This document shows, piece by piece, positions 12,401 through 26,969 of a stretch of DNA of 64,000 bases. The notes beneath the pieces are model-generated. The model was not told the DNA's origin and did no database searches. It saw only the letters and a program-made list of their open reading frames with translations. The position numbers and the translations under genes are program-made. The stretch comes from Mobula hypostoma (taxonomy: Eukaryota). The first letter of the stretch is position 1. The number at the start of each line of letters is the position of its first letter. The stretch covers positions 226,364,001-226,428,000 of the forward strand of contig NC_086097.1 in NCBI RefSeq assembly GCF_963921235.1. Reading direction: 5' to 3'.

Positions 12401-13439
12401 TCAAAGACAGTCTTAGACTGTGCACATATATACAGTGATGCAATTAAATCACAAACAAATGTTATCTGTGATGTCACATTTATTAACAGATACAATAGCA
12501 GAAGAACTGCCAGTTAGATTATGCACAGGGTAAAAGCTTACCGGTAATATACAATGTTTTCAGTCCCTGAAGATCCTAAAAGTTTTTTATTGGGCCATTC
12601 CTTTTGAAAAAAAAAACTGCTTTACAGCAATTAAGAAAAACTTCTTGAAATAACTGTTGGATTCCAAGAATCCATTCAGTTCTGTAAGTCAACCAGTAAA
12701 AAAACTATTTATTGGCCTGCATTTCTAAATGTTCATTCAGATGTTGGAGTCAGCAGATGTAAAGTTACTGCTCGATGGCAACATATAACGAATGGATTCC
12801 AAGCTTTTGCAATACTGCCCAAGAATATTGTCTCCTTTCACTTGGTTTATTTGATTTGCTAGAATAAAGAAGATTGCAGTTTTGCTTGAACCTTAATCTG
12901 AAATTCCTCTTTGAAAAATAAACCTTTTGAAGTAACTTTATTTGGTCTGGCAAATTCATATCTAAACACCTGTCCAGGAGGAAATTAATCCTGCCAACAC
13001 AATTGGCTGTGAGTCTGCGGGAGAAGGCAGTCTGATGTTAAACAGTCAATCCATAGAATTAGGGGGTTCGTTGTGTATAGGAGACCCAAAAATCATTGTT
13101 AAAGGGGGATTGAGAGAGTGAATCCTGCACTGGTCCTGTGCTTGAATAGTAATAATCCTGATCTGTAGCATCGCACCCCACCCTTCAACACGTACCTCTT
13201 ATACCCTATCACATACTTACCTGCAGGGTCCCTCCAGCATTTTGAGGGTGTTAGGCACTTGATTTGGAATGGGTAGGAAGTTTCCAGAATTCTTCCTCCC
13301 GGCTTAGTACCTCGTGAAAGTATGGCATCAAGAACCTGCCATATGCCAACAATGTGGTGAGTAGGGCGGAGCTCATCACAGGAAAAGCCCTCCCCATCAC
13401 TGAGCATATTTACACAGATCACTGCCACAGGAAAGGCAA

Positions 13440-14440
13440 AGTCGGTAGCATAGTGCTCAACACAACACTTCACAGTGCCAGCAACCTGGGTTCAATCCCA
13501 GCCTCTGTCTGTAAGAAGTCTGTACGTTCTCCACGTAACCCCGTGCTTTGGTTTCCTCCCACAGTCCAAAAACATACTGGTTGATAGGTTAATTAGTCAT
13601 TTTTAAATGTCCCATGAATTGAATTGAATTGAATTGACTTTATTGTTTACATCCTTCACATACGTGAGGAGTAAAAATCTTTACGTTGCATCTCCGTCTG
13701 AATGTGCAATGTGCAAATTATAGTAATTCGTAATAAATAGTATGTACAGTTCATATACAACGGAACAGTCAATATAACTTAAAAATACAATTGTGTCAGT
13801 GTGAATTGATCAGTCAGATGGCCTGATGGAAGAAATTGTCCCGAAGTCCGCTGGTCCTGGCTTTAATGCTGCGATACCAATTCCAAGATGGTAGCAGCCG
13901 GAACAGTTTTTGATTGGGGTGACTCAGGTCCCCAAAGATTCTTCAGGCCTTTTTTATACATGTGTCACTGTAAATGTCCTGAATAGTGGGAAGTTCACAA
14001 CCACAGATGCACAGGGCTGTCCAAACCACTCTCTGCAGTCTTGTGATTGAGGGAAGTACAGTTCCCATGCCAGGCAGTGATACAGCCAGTCAGAATGCTC
14101 TCAGTTGTGCCCCTGTAAAAGTTCTTAGGATTTGAGAACTCATGCCACACTTCTTCAACCGTCTGAGGTGAAAGAGGCGCTGTTGTGCTTTTTTCACCAC
14201 ACAGCCAGTATGTACAGACCAAGTGAGGTCCTTGGTGATGGGTATACTGAAGAACTTAAAGCTGTTCACCCTCTCAACCTCAGATTAATTGCTGCCAATA
14301 GTGGTGAGCCTATCTCCATTCCTCCTGTAGTCCACAACCAGCTCCAATTAGGCCGGCGTTAAATTAGGGGCTGCTAGACGGTGTGGCTCAAAGGGCAAGA
14401 AGGGCCTATTCCACACCGTGCCTCCATAAATAAACAAAAA
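13440..14440 (+). mobile_element. tRNA-derived V-SINE-like element interrupted by a minus-strand Rex1
   Basis: B-box GGTTCAATCCC near 13490 and GTTTCCTCCCACAGTCCAAA core; the 3' part resumes at about 14348 and ends AAATAAACAAAAAAT. Confidence 0.7.
13616..14347 (-). mobile_element. Rex1/Babar LINE 3' portion
   Basis: ORF 13995..14222 includes FYRGTTESILTGCITAWHGNC; (TGAAT)n tail at 13615-13636. Confidence 0.85.
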
Positions 14441-14893
14441 AATAAAGTAATCAAGGACCCGCACCTTCCAGGCCAAGCTGTCTTCTCACTGCTTCCATTG
14501 GGAAGGAGGTACAGGAGTCTTAGGTCACATAGCCCCAGGTTCAGGAAGAGTTATTAACCTTCAACCATCAGGTTCCCGAACTAGCGTGGACAACTTCACT
14601 CAGTTCAATGCTGTACTAATCACTGAACACGACCAGTGGGCTGAGTTTCAATGACTTTGCAAGACATGATCTCAGCATTATTTAGTTACTGGTTTATTTA
14701 TTTATTTATTGTATTTGCAAGGATTGTCTTCTTTTGCACATTGGTTGTTTGTCAATTTTTGTGTGCAGATTTTCATTACTACGGTCATAGAATCATAGAG
14801 AAGTACAGCACAAAAACAGGCCCTTCAGCCCATCTAGTCTATGCCAAACTATTTATTACATTCCATTGTATTTCTTTGTTTTACTGTGAATGC

Positions 14894-15608
14894 AGTAAAT
14901 GGCAGGATACTTAATAGTGTGGAGGAGCAGAGGGATCTTGGGGTACATGTCCACAGATCCCTGAAAGTTGCCTCACAGGTGGATAAGGTAGTTAAGAAAG
15001 CTTATGGGGTGTTAGCTTTCATAAGTCGAGGGATAGAGTTTAAGAGTCGCGATGTAATGATGCAGCTCTATAAAACTGGTTAGGCCACACTTGGAGTACT
15101 ATGTCCAGTTCTGGTCGCCTCACTATAGGAAGGATGTGGAAGAATTGGAAAGGGTACAGAGGAGAAGTACCAGAATGCTGCCTGGTTTAGAGAGTATGCA
15201 TTATGATCAGAGATTAAGGGAGCTAGGGCTTTACTCTTTGGAGAGAAGGAGGATGAGAGGAGACATGATAGAGGTGTACAAGATAATGAGAGGAATAGAT
15301 AGAGTGGATAGCCAGCGCCTCTTCCCCAGGGCACCACTGCTCAATACAAGAGGACATGGCTTTAAAGTAAGGGGTGGGAGCTTCAAGGGGGATATTAGAG
15401 GAAGGCTTTTTTACTCAGAGAGTGGTTGGTGCGTAGAATGCACTGCCTGAGTCAGTGGTGGAGGCAGATACACCAGTGAAGTTTAAGAGACTACTAGACA
15501 GGTATATGGAGGAATTTAAGGTGGGGGTTATATGGGAGGCAGGGTTTGAGGGTTGGCACAACATTGAGGGCTGAAGGGCCTGTACTGTGCTGTACTGTTC
15601 TATGTTCT
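14894..15608 (+). mobile_element. CR1 LINE 3' portion, relatively young
   Basis: ORFs 14841..15083 and 15091..15450 give QRDLGVHVH, EYYVQFWSPHYRKD, LERRRMRGDMIEVYKI and TRGHG; apparent AATGC duplication on both sides. Confidence 0.92.
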
Positions 15609-16249
15609 AATGCCTGCAAGAAAATTAATCTTAGGGCAGTAGTTGGTGACATATACGAACCTTGATAATAAATTTACTTTGAACTTTCATACGTGTCAGT
15701 AGTAAGGAAGCATGCTAGAGTTGCAATTGGTTTGGCTGCCTGTTGGAACTCCATCCAAACCAAAGGAACCATGCCAGTTTTCTTTCAGAAGATTCATCTG
15801 GCTGGGATCCTTGGATATTGTGGAAAAAACAGTTCTAACCATTGCAACCAGATACGCTATGTTAACCTGAAACTAAAGCTGAATTGCTAACCGTATTCAG
15901 TGCTGTGTCTTTGTAGAGTGTCAATGTAAAATAACCCTTGTGCAAGGAGAATGGTACTGATGCATATATATTGTGCAATCACAGCACATAAACAAGACCA
16001 AAACAAATGCAAGGCCTAAGTATGCTTTTGGCTTTATAACCATCTGCAGTTTTATAGAGTCAGCCAGCTCCATATAACTTTGATAAATAAAAATTCCTGC
16101 TATGTACTTTTTTTCTGCCCTTCATAGTAAATAGCTGTGATGCCCCTTATATCTTAACCACCAACATATTCAGTTCCAGCGCTCCGTTTTATACCATGCT
16201 ATTTTTAAAAATTTCCCTACCTTCCTTTTCATGGAGAGTGGCTGGCATC

Positions 16250-16478
16250 TTGTCAATGTAAGTTGTCTGTACAGGTGCCTGCCCTGTTTTGTGCACTTTA
16301 TGCAGTCCTGGATAGGTCTGTAGTCTAGTGTAGTTTTTGTGTTTTTTTCTCACGTAGTTCAGTGTAGTTTTTGTATTGTTTCATGTAGCACCATGGTCCT
16401 GGAAAACATTGTCTCATTTTTACTGTGTTCTGTACCAGCAGTTATGGTTGAAATGTCAATAAAAAATGACTTGACTTG
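16250..16478 (+). mobile_element. LINE 3' UTR fragment (Rex1/Babar-like)
   Basis: Ends ATGTCAATAAAAAATGACTTGACTTGA, a poly(A) signal plus short tandem tail. Confidence 0.55.
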
Positions 16479-18834
16479 AGGAGGTGATTGGTAATGAAGA
16501 ACAATTGTTAGGAAACATCTGAAGTACAATAGCGCAATGAACATTTAACGTCAGAGGCACAAATGACAGGAAAATAATTTGCACATTCTGGCACAATATT
16601 GTTCACTTTGTTGGTATATCATATTTTTTAGGAAAATGAAGGACAAAGCATCTCATAGTTATTATAAACAGAGCAGATGATTTGTGAGGAATGATGTATG
16701 AAAACTTTTCTCGCTTTGAGGCAGTCAAGGCACTTGTGAATTATGAAATGTAACATCATTCAAAAACATATATTTTTTATGGCACCTCTCGTGTACTTTC
16801 CAAGCTACCTCATTGTGCTTTCAGTATTGCCTGTTACTGGAGTAATTTTACAGGGTGTAGACATTGTTGCATTTTTTCCCATGTTGATATAATTCAGGAA
16901 AAGTTTTTCAGTTTTCATATGTTCCATTGTCCAGAACCCATGCTTTTCTGACATTGTTTTGAGCAAAACGATGCTTTGATTAACCAAGAAAAGGAGCTAA
17001 ATTTGTGATTATATTTATGAATTGCAAATGTTATGTAGGTAAATCTGTATTATGAGCATTAAGTAATACAAATAATCTGGTCTATTATAATTTATTTGAT
17101 ATAAATTAACTGTAAAGAGCAATTTATTCCTGCAGCTGCTGAACAGGTAATTTCAGGATCTGGTAGCAAAAACTATGACCAGCTGGTAGAGTTTTAGCCA
17201 AAGAAGCTTTTCATTAACAGGCAGATCATGCCAACTTTACTAAAATTATCATCAAAGTTTGAGTTAATCACAGCTAGCTTTCTCTGCCATGTTGGCTTGA
17301 TTAAATTTGGAGTTTGATGATGAATCGGCCAAAATTCATTAGTGTTCCCTCGGCGCATATATTGGTCAAGGTCAACTGAGGCACTCTGCTTAGAGGAGTT
17401 TGGGGGAGGGGAAGAAACTAAAGAGGAGGTGGAACCTGCAGCGGTCAAAGGTTGCAGTGCAAAACTTTGATACTTTTTAACGTAATAAATCTTGACAGCT
17501 TAATCATGATAAAGTCTTAGCGGCATTATTCGTAAAGATGGCAAACCTAGACACATTTAAGGAGATTCCAGCAGCTAGTGGTGGGAGGGCATTGACACAA
17601 GTGCTGTGTGGTTATGAAGGAAGTACAGGGAGGGAGGATGAAAGCCTGCACAGCTTTTTCCATCTCCTGACATCTCTTACAGCCACAGATAGAAAATATG
17701 ATAAGGCTCAAGCTGTGCTAATAGGCCCAACAAATGCTTAGGCCCGCAGAGTAGATGAAGCAGGGATCAAGTAGTGGGAGCTGTTATATGAAAACAGGGC
17801 AGCACCCAGAGTATAATAGAGCTGAAGAAGTCACAGTGGAAAGAAGATAGAAAACACATAGAACAAATAGGGAAGCTGTCAGTAAAGCTTTGTTATGTGC
17901 TGGCAGCTTGTTTCTCCCTCAAGATTGACATTGTCTTTGATTTCAAACTGTGATATTGAAGTGTATTTACAAATGCTGGTGACAATAATTAAAACATCAA
18001 ATATATTGTTAATAAATTCTCCACCTTGATTCGACACCACTGCTTCTGTGTAAAAATTACCAAGTACAAAATGTATGCCATAAAATATAGAGTTGTCACA
18101 GTTGCTGATTTGTTAAACATCAGAATATTAGCGTTTTAGAACATTTGCTTGCTCTGACTGAGAACAGCTAGAACTATAATTATGTGCACAATGTTCATCA
18201 TAGATCAGATTAAAGGAATATTCACAGCCACACAATCCATTTTGAGATTTAGAAAGACAAATTTTAATTGCAGTGGGTGAAGTATTTTCTCAGATCTCGA
18301 AGGTTTTCTTTGTTTCTACCGGTATCATTCCTCCTTATGAAGAGAACATTATTTCAGAAACGCATCAATTGAAGGGATTTCCAGAGGGATAAAGAGAATG
18401 TGAATTGTAACATAAATTCTGTACATATTTTATTTTTCCCCTGAACAGTCAGTGCAATAACGTGATTAGTGTTGTTTGAATATAGCACAGGCTTGTTATA
18501 AAATGCAAATAGAAATCTTTTGGGAATAAATTCATGCTAAAACATTCTATATCCAGTATTTATGAAAAATACAGGAGCTAACTTGTTGGTTAAATTTTCA
18601 TTTCTTTTTTTGTAGGCTGATGTATTTTTAATGTTTATGTATTTGCTTGGTTAAGAAACCCCAAGGCAAGCCAGTAAACCAAGTAACTAATAAAATGAAT
18701 AAATATCAGTTTTAATCAATGAAACTTTAGAAAAGATTTTTGCTAGTTGTGATTCGTTACCTGATATTTGGAGGTGCTCCTTTCAATCAATATTCCTGAT
18801 GATCAAGTTTTTTTTTTGTGAAATATGTTAAAAC

Positions 18835-19340
18835 ATTCTGGGCCAGAGCTGCAGTAATGGATACAGCCAGTCCATTTCAGGAAAAGTCCTCCTGCCATCG
18901 GGCACATCGTCAAGGAGCACTGCCACAAGAAAGCAGCATCCATCATCAAAGATCCCCTCCATCAAGTAGTGGCCCATCCAGGCCATGCTCCCTTCTCACT
19001 ACAGTCATCGGGAGGGAGGTACAGGATCAGGTTCAGAAACAGTTAATACCCTTCAACTATCAGGCTTCTGAACCAGTGTGGGTGACTTCACTCACCGCAA
19101 CACGGAAATGATTCTGCAACCAATCAACTCAATTTTAAGCACTCTACGACACTCTATTATTTATTCTTTTAGTATTTGTACAACTTGTCTTCTTTTGCAC
19201 GTAGATTGTCAGCTTCCGTCTGTAGTTTTTCATTGATTCTGTTGTATTTCTTTGTTCCACTGCAAATGCCTGCAAGAAAATGAATCTCAGGGGAGCTCAT
19301 GGTGACCCAGACATAATTTGATAATAAATTTACTTTGAAA
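18835..19340 (+). mobile_element. Rex1/Babar LINE 3' end (degenerate)
   Basis: AGAAAGCAGCATCCATCATCAAAGATCCCC ORF end, and a 3' UTR ending GATAATAAATTTACTTTGAA. Confidence 0.75.
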
Positions 19341-20444
19341 TTTGCCAATCCATTTCCCTGTAAAGAATCACCTCCATGGTTCACCATGCATGTGCCAGGT
19401 GAAGGAATAAACTTGCTGGTCCAAAGCACACCTGCATTCCAGCAGCATAGCTTGTTGATGACATCCTTTTGAGAAGTGAGGAGATGCTATCTCCAAAATT
19501 GCCCTGATAGCTTGACCTCCTGTCAAATCTATGAGTGAGTTTTAATAATTTTTAGAAGCCTTCCACCCTTGAGTTGATGAGACTGCTAGACTGCTAAAAT
19601 ATTAACATTATTTAAAATATTTTAGTCAGTTAATTGAAACAGATAAAAGATCTAAACCAAGCAGAACATCTTTTTAAGAAGTAATATGAAGTTGGGTTCC
19701 ACAGTCGTACAATCTGCAATGAAATCAATAAGATCTTGGATCTTACTCCAGATCTAATCCTCGACCAGACTGGACACCTCCACTGGGCTCAGTGTGGAGT
19801 TCAGCTGCCAAGCAAATAGATACAGTATATTTATCACTCCAAGTCTGTCAGTACATCTGGAACTTCTGATTTTGTTAAGAGCGCCCATACAAATTGGAAA
19901 CCTATTTCCATTTAAATGGCAAAATGTCAGTGGTTGTATTCGGAGCTGCTAGTGGTCATCAGCAAGATTTAGCTGCGCATGTTTTGCATATTTCCTCTTC
20001 TGTCGGTGGAAGCCTCCTTTCTGCCTTTTTAGTAAGCTGCATATATTCAGGTAGTTGAGCTAATTCCATGAACTCTTGGTCCAGAGTTCATTCTCACAAA
20101 TAGATCTTGACTCTACGGATTCTTTATCATGTAAAAACTAACTTCTAAATTGAGAAATTTAATCACTTTAACATTATCTATAGTCAAAGATGGTCATTGG
20201 TGAAGTCATTGGTAGATTTTGGCTTTCAGCCAACATGAACTATACGATGAATGGGGAGCCTGGCATATTGACTTGATAGGTAAAAAACTACTTTCAGGTA
20301 AAGTGTCATATTTTGAGCTGAACAGAGGTAGCACATGTGAAGATCTCAAATTTTCAATAATTTGCTGTTAATCCAGTCTACTTTACCCCAGAAAGTTTAC
20401 TAAATAATTCATTGTGCACAGGTACTTTTTATTTGAGGCCACAA

Positions 20445-20996
20445 TCATAGTCATAGTCATACTTTATTGATCCCGGGGGAAATTGGTTTTCGTTACAGTT
20501 GCACCATAAATAATTAGTAATAGAACCATAAATAGTTAAATAGTAATATGTAAATTATGCCAGTAAATTATGAAATAAGTCCAGGACCAGCCTATTGGCT
20601 CAGGGTGTCTGACCCTCCAAGGGAGGAGTTGTAAAGTTTGATGGCCACAGGCAGGAATGACTTCCTATGACGCTTTGTGCTGCATCTCGGTGGAATGAGT
20701 CTCTGGCTGAATGTACTCCTGTGCCCACCCAGAACATTATGTAGTGGATGGGAGACATTGACCAAGATGGCATGCAACTTAGACAGCATCCTCTTTTCAG
20801 ACACCACCGTGAGAGAGTCCAGTTCCATCCCCACAACATCACTGGCCTTACGAATGAGTTTGTTGATTCTGTTGGTGTCTGCTACCCTCAGCCTGCTGCC
20901 CCAGCACACAACAGCAAACATGATAGCACTGGCCACCACAGACTCGTAGAACGTCCTCAGCATGGTCCGGCAGATTTTAAAGGACCTCAGTCTCAA
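20445..20996 (-). mobile_element. Rex1/Babar LINE 3' portion, young copy with an open ORF end
   Basis: ORF 20592..20996 reads LRTFYESVVASAIMFAVVCWG...SHPLH...SFLPVAIKLYN; (CATAGT)n tail. Confidence 0.9.
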
Positions 20997-23900
20997 TCAG
21001 TACTGTGTTACTGATTTGAGACTGGTGGTTGTAAGGTACAATTCAGAATTGTAGCTCCTGCTCTACAATGCAGACTAAATTCAGTTCCACAGCCAAGGAA
21101 GTGGATAAAACTCTGTTCCCTGGCTGTGTAATTTAAACAGTTTCAAAACTTATATCAGAACTACCCAGTTTTTTAAGTATTATTAAAAGCTATAATTAAG
21201 TTTAAAAAGAATCTGGGAGGTCAAATACAATGTCTGTATATTTTAAACTTGACCCGACACCATTCCATAGTGTCAGCAAGTCTGATATAGACTTCCGGAA
21301 AGGGAGGCATCAAGCCATTGATAATCAAGTCTTTGCAGTTTCTGTATATTATCACCTCAAGTGTAGTAGGAATGCTTTGTTGCAAGTGTAAAAGTTTTAT
21401 TATAGCAATGCCTTCTCATTTTATTAAATATTATTTAGAAAAGAGATCACCTCATGAAAAGTCTATGATAATACTAGATTTTGCAAATAAAAGTAAGTCA
21501 AGTACGATGATCAAGCAGATGCAATGTTATTTTTGTGGTCACACAAGGAAAAAAAATTCAACACCAAAAGCTAAGTGCGTTGTTTCATCAATGATTTATC
21601 TGTGTAATGTTACAGGTTGTTTAAGTGTCTAGCATGTTGAATCTTTTTGTTTAATTTTCTCACAGTCAGTCAGTAATTATTATAGTCCTGCAGTTTCTGT
21701 GGAATGCTGAGGAGGGTCAAATGCCAATGGAATCCAGCTTTATAGGGTAATTAAGACAGTCGACATAGTTATTAAATACATTGCGCTAAACCGGGATGGA
21801 ATGTTGTGCTGTGCAACAGGAGAAGGAAAAAAAACCCTAAAATCCAGTATCATAAATAAGAGCTGACTGAATGAAATACATCTGTAACTGCACGTTGAGG
21901 TGGGGGGGCTCAGACAGAGACTGCACTGGCTATTCAGTTTAATTAGAAGCCTTAAATCCTTGGACACATGAGGCTTGATGGCAGGAGGCAAAAAATGCAG
22001 AGAGAAAAGCAGAACATCCTGGAAAGCATGGCTCAAAATGTTAACATTCATGGAAGCAGTGAATCAGATAATTATTCCAATCTCGAGCGAGTAGGGGAAG
22101 GGGAAGGAGGAAGGGGGGGAGAGGGGGATGGGGCTGTTCTTGGATAAAGGAAAATGAATGAAAATGTATTTCCTATAGTAATAGCAGAAGTGGAAGCAAA
22201 AGTGAATATTTGACAGGCAGCAAGCCAAATCACTTCAAGATCACTGGTCGTTTTCCCTCACATTATTATTCTGATTTCCACATGGAACAGATTTGAGCTA
22301 ACGATGTGTAGTTTGGCATCGAATTTGTTTTTCTTTGGCGTGCAGCACTTGGTCCAGTTTTGAACATTTCTCTTTTCCGTCTGCCCATGGGTGCACTGTA
22401 GTTGAGTTACTCCTAAAGTGGTGCTCTGAGAAAGGCAGCTGGGGACCGCTTACTAGAAAATGTTTATATATTATATATATTTTGTAGTAAGGATCAGCTG
22501 TTCCCATTTAGACAGTCTCAGCTGATGGCACTGAGTGAATGCAGCTGATAATGGGTGTGTGGGGGAACCCAATCCCTTCTTAGGCCTTCCTGCCCTTGGG
22601 TCAGAAATCAGCCTTGGCTATGAATAGGGAGGTGTGATGAAACACTACCCAGCTGAACCTTCACAGATGATTTATCAGTGACCTGCTGCTACTTCAGGCA
22701 GCTGGGGAGGGCACAAATGCAAATCTTTGGACATTGGTTCCACATGATCTGTGGCGAGTCATCATATTGGCTACTACTGCATCTGACTGGAAGCAGATAG
22801 ACCTCTGCTATCTTCAAACAGGGAATGGACCTGATCAAAGGGAAGCTGTTTATTCCTGCTGCAGCAGCAATCATAAACACCAGCATTGCTGCTGTCTGCG
22901 CTAGTTCTGCCGCATTAAATTCCAGTACCTCACTGGCCTTTCCCGACTAACCACTGGATCTTATTCCCTTGTGAATATATCTTATGGAAAAGATAATCTA
23001 TCCATGGTGCAGGTGTACAGATGTCCACAAATCCAATTACAGTACTCAAAAATAAGTGCACACAATATTTAAAAAAAGACCCAGTCATATTCAGTATGAC
23101 TCACACCAGACAATAGAGTTTCATTTCTTCTGCAGCTCAGCACACTGCAAGGAATTTTGTTTGGAAGTGATAGCTACTGTCAATGTGATATTTAAGGCTT
23201 TTTTGCAGACCAGTTGGCAGACAATGACAGAGTTCCATCCGCCAGCATATGCTGAAAAAGGATGTGGTCCTATGCCTGCTCCTCCTTTCCTGATTCTTTG
23301 CAAATAGTCCAACATAAGAGACAGTTGTTTCTGGCTGCCCCGCTGCCTGTCATGGCTGTCAAGTAAAATCCTATGAATTATTGCTTCTCCAGATGTAAGA
23401 GATTTCCAGGCTGCTCGAAACAGGCTGTGGTCTGCGGTGCAGAAGCGAGAATGAGATTATACTCCCTAGCATCAGTAGAAATCTAAAAAAGATTGCAAAG
23501 AGGACATAATTAGACCTTCTTCATTCCAAAGCAGAACTCGGGATGTGGTGGTTGTAACAACAGAGGCAGTTATTTAGGTTTAGGACTTGGTAACGAAAGA
23601 GAAAATGGTGTTTTGAGGAGGTTTTTTACATCACTGTAAAACTGATGGAAACAATGATTAAGGTCAAATAAATTTTGATGAGGCTTGCAGTAAAATAAGG
23701 TAAGGAATGCCAAATAGGCCAAGTTATTCTGTTTTTCTAGTTGTTGACAAAATTGTTAGCTGAATAGCTGGCACAATTTTAGCTGTGATGTGTGAAACTT
23801 GTATTTGACTGTTATTAATGCAGGAGAGTTAAACTTGAAACTATTCAGGCTGGATTGCCTAGCCCATTATTTTTCCTGCAGCCAGATGTAAAATTAACTG

Positions 23901-26900
23901 CAATTATTTGTAGGCTTTATATATTGCTGTACACATGTCTTAACCTTTTGCCCTCACATGAGACTTTTTTCAACAAGAAGCCATTCACTTCAATTGATTT
24001 TTTTTCCGGGTGAAAACAAAGAGATAAATGACATTAATCGGTTGAACTAATGAATTGCATTAATTGATTAACCTGAAGTTCAACAACTTTTAAGAAATGT
24101 TACAGATCATCCACAAAACTCAAATTATTCATAAAAGAATGTTGTGCTTTTAGGATTAATCCATTTATGGAAGGAATACTCATTTCATTATGCTGGAGGT
24201 GGATTCTGCTTAATTATCCCACTGCACAAATACTATTTCACAATTTTAATTAAAAGAGCCGAAACCAGAATTCCATATCATACTAACTATCCTTTTGCCT
24301 TGTTAAAAAGCACAGCACCTGGAGATTATTACTTCAGATGATGGGCGTGACACATGAATACACAATTATGGCTGAATTGAGCAATTTTAGTAACTGTGTG
24401 CACTTTATGACGTGACTTCATTATTTATGTAAAATTAGATATGTTTAGGCCTGTAATATCTTGGCAAGGGAAAATTAACAGAATAAGATTAATTTTAAGT
24501 TTGCAAAGTATATGTTTTATTAAAAACACATGGCAATGATTGACATAAAAGTATATATGTCCAATGTTAGCCAGAAACATTTTGCAGACATAATTGTTTT
24601 AATTCAGCTCTCCAACTTTTTGAAACCTGACGTAACTTATTTAACTGAATGAGAGGCAGAGTGGTGCCTACCAGATGTAAAGACTGTCAGTCTTGCTTCC
24701 CTCTTCATTTGAAGTCATGCAGTTCAGATAGACTCACTCGTGTAAGGAACCCCAGTCAAAAGTGATGAAAATCACAGGTACAAATGGCTGCAGTGTCTCA
24801 TGTGAATGCCTTTATTGCTTTTCATGAAACGTTACAAAAAAACGGATGGAGTCCTATTCTTCTTGGTGCTGATTGTTTTCAGTGAAAATACGTTAATTAT
24901 TTGACACTGGTTTTTGCCTTGAAGTCATTTTATACCGCAGGACATAAATGATAGATTGCAGCTGAAAAAATCATCAGCATACTTGAGGTAGGCTCACTGG
25001 GTCTTTTTTTTAATGTTCTACGTGAAGTTATCTTGAACTGAAACCTCTGCTCCACCAGGATTAAGGGATTGAAGAGCAAAGACTTGAGATGGTGTAATTT
25101 AAAACCTCCTGATTCTTTAGCACAAAGGAAGAGAAATGTACTTAGTCATTCTGATAATTTGCTGCTTCAGTTTAGTAATTCATTTCATCGCTGTAAAGTT
25201 TTATTTTTAGAATTCAAAAATCATTTCACTAACATTAAACTATATTGCTGCTCATCTTTTCTTTTGAGATTAGTGAATCTAAACAAAGAAAATTGATATC
25301 TCGTAACATCTTTGAAAATCTGAACCTTTCTATAGCAAAGTAAATAAGATGCAGCCTTAACTGTTCGTGCCACTTTTATCCTCAGTAAAATTGTAATACA
25401 TTGTAAAGAGTACATGTGGCCTAATAATTCCATGTCATCAATGAAAAATAATTAGATGAATATTGGATGTATCATTTATTTAGTGAAGATTCTTTACCAG
25501 CTGTCCTTTTTTGTAAAACAAGTCATATTGTTTCATTCTTAACATCATGTATTTGCATCTATTTTAACTCAGAGAAATCTAGTCAAACTGAATACTTTGT
25601 GCAGGCAGTTCAAACAAAGTGAATGTTAAAGGAACACTTTCCACTTATGCAAATCAAATGTTCAATAAGCATTATTATAAGGAGCAACTATAAGCTTATA
25701 GACATAGGTGGACAGATATATAGATAATCTGCTGTGATGCCCTTTATAATGAGTTCATGTTGATAATTTGTATATGCATTGTAATAAATCCTGCTTAAAA
25801 GCTTTGGCTTTTTCTTAAAAATTGTATCAGAAGGATTATATTTGAGTAATACCTGAAGTGGAAGGATATTGCATGCATTCCTTTCTGAACAAGATTTACT
25901 TTGTAATTTGTTCATCTTTAATTTTACTTCTTGATTTTGTTTAATATTGCATCCTGATGCAGCAAGCAAAAGATTAGATTTTAAATGCAGTGTTATTAAA
26001 GTATCTGAATGTATTTTTGAGTGCAATTATGACATCACTTGATCAGTGCTGCATTTTCATTTTTACTGAGCATGGAAACACCCAAAATTTTGTCATCTGT
26101 AAGTTTTTATGGTACTTTAAAGATAATCAGTGGAACTGTCTGGAATAGCATTCAAAATGAAGCAAGCAACAAAATGAAATGTGGATTTATTTATTACCAT
26201 TTCATATACCTAACTGACTACAAAGTAATTCTTGGTGTTAATTGGTACATAAAATTTGCCATTAGTTAATAAATATCATTTGAACATATATATTTCTGAT
26301 AGAATACTGCTTAATAGAAACTAAATTTCAGAGTAACTTCATTGTTAGTTGATTTCGCCAACGTACTATATCTAAAATTATATATGCCTTGCTGGGTAAT
26401 AATTGCAGACTGGTTGTCCATTCTCTTTCAGAATTTATTTACGCATTCAAAGATCTCTTTCCACCATTTCCTTCTGGTTACTCCTTAATATAAAGTTGTC
26501 ACAATTGTAATTGAAAGCCAAAAGTAAACTCAATTTAAATTCAACAAAGTTTGGATGATTTTTTTTCTGCACTGCAATGTTTGAGTTATACTTTAAATTA
26601 AATACCTCTAATTTACTGCTAATACTTACTTTCTCTAATACTTTTAAAGTATAACGTGAAACAAAAGAACAAAATATTTCTGAAAAGGGAATGAAATTAA
26701 TGGTTTTCAATAGGTTTGCATATTGAAGTTGACTATTGGAAGTGAAGTTTTAAATTCTGAGGCTATTTCCATCGAAAGAAACATATTGTACAAATTAAAT
26801 AATTCTCATTTTTACAGCTATACCATTAAGGAATGTTCCACTTGTATGGTATGAGTTAAGATTCTTGGGATTATAAGCTTAAAGAAAGTGCGGAGGGCTG

Positions 26901-26969
26901 CCTAAGGTTGACATTGTCACTTTGTAATGGTAGGGAATAGTGTTTTTTTTCAATACGTGGTAATCTAAA

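Larger units (their letters stand above)
13330..15690 (+). mobile_element. Rex1/Babar fragment split by nested insertions (pieces about 13330-13438, 14445-14890, 15609-15690)
   Basis: ITGKALPITEHIY...HCHRK continues at about 14445 (IKDPHLPGQAVFSLLPLGRRYRSL). The 3' UTR resumes after the CR1 insertion with GATAATAAATTTACTTTGAACTT. Confidence 0.7.

Noticed and set aside
24941..24987. 47-nt AG...GT candidate exon reading DINDRLQLKKSSAYL
   Set aside because: Too short, no recognisable protein, and no partner exons identified.
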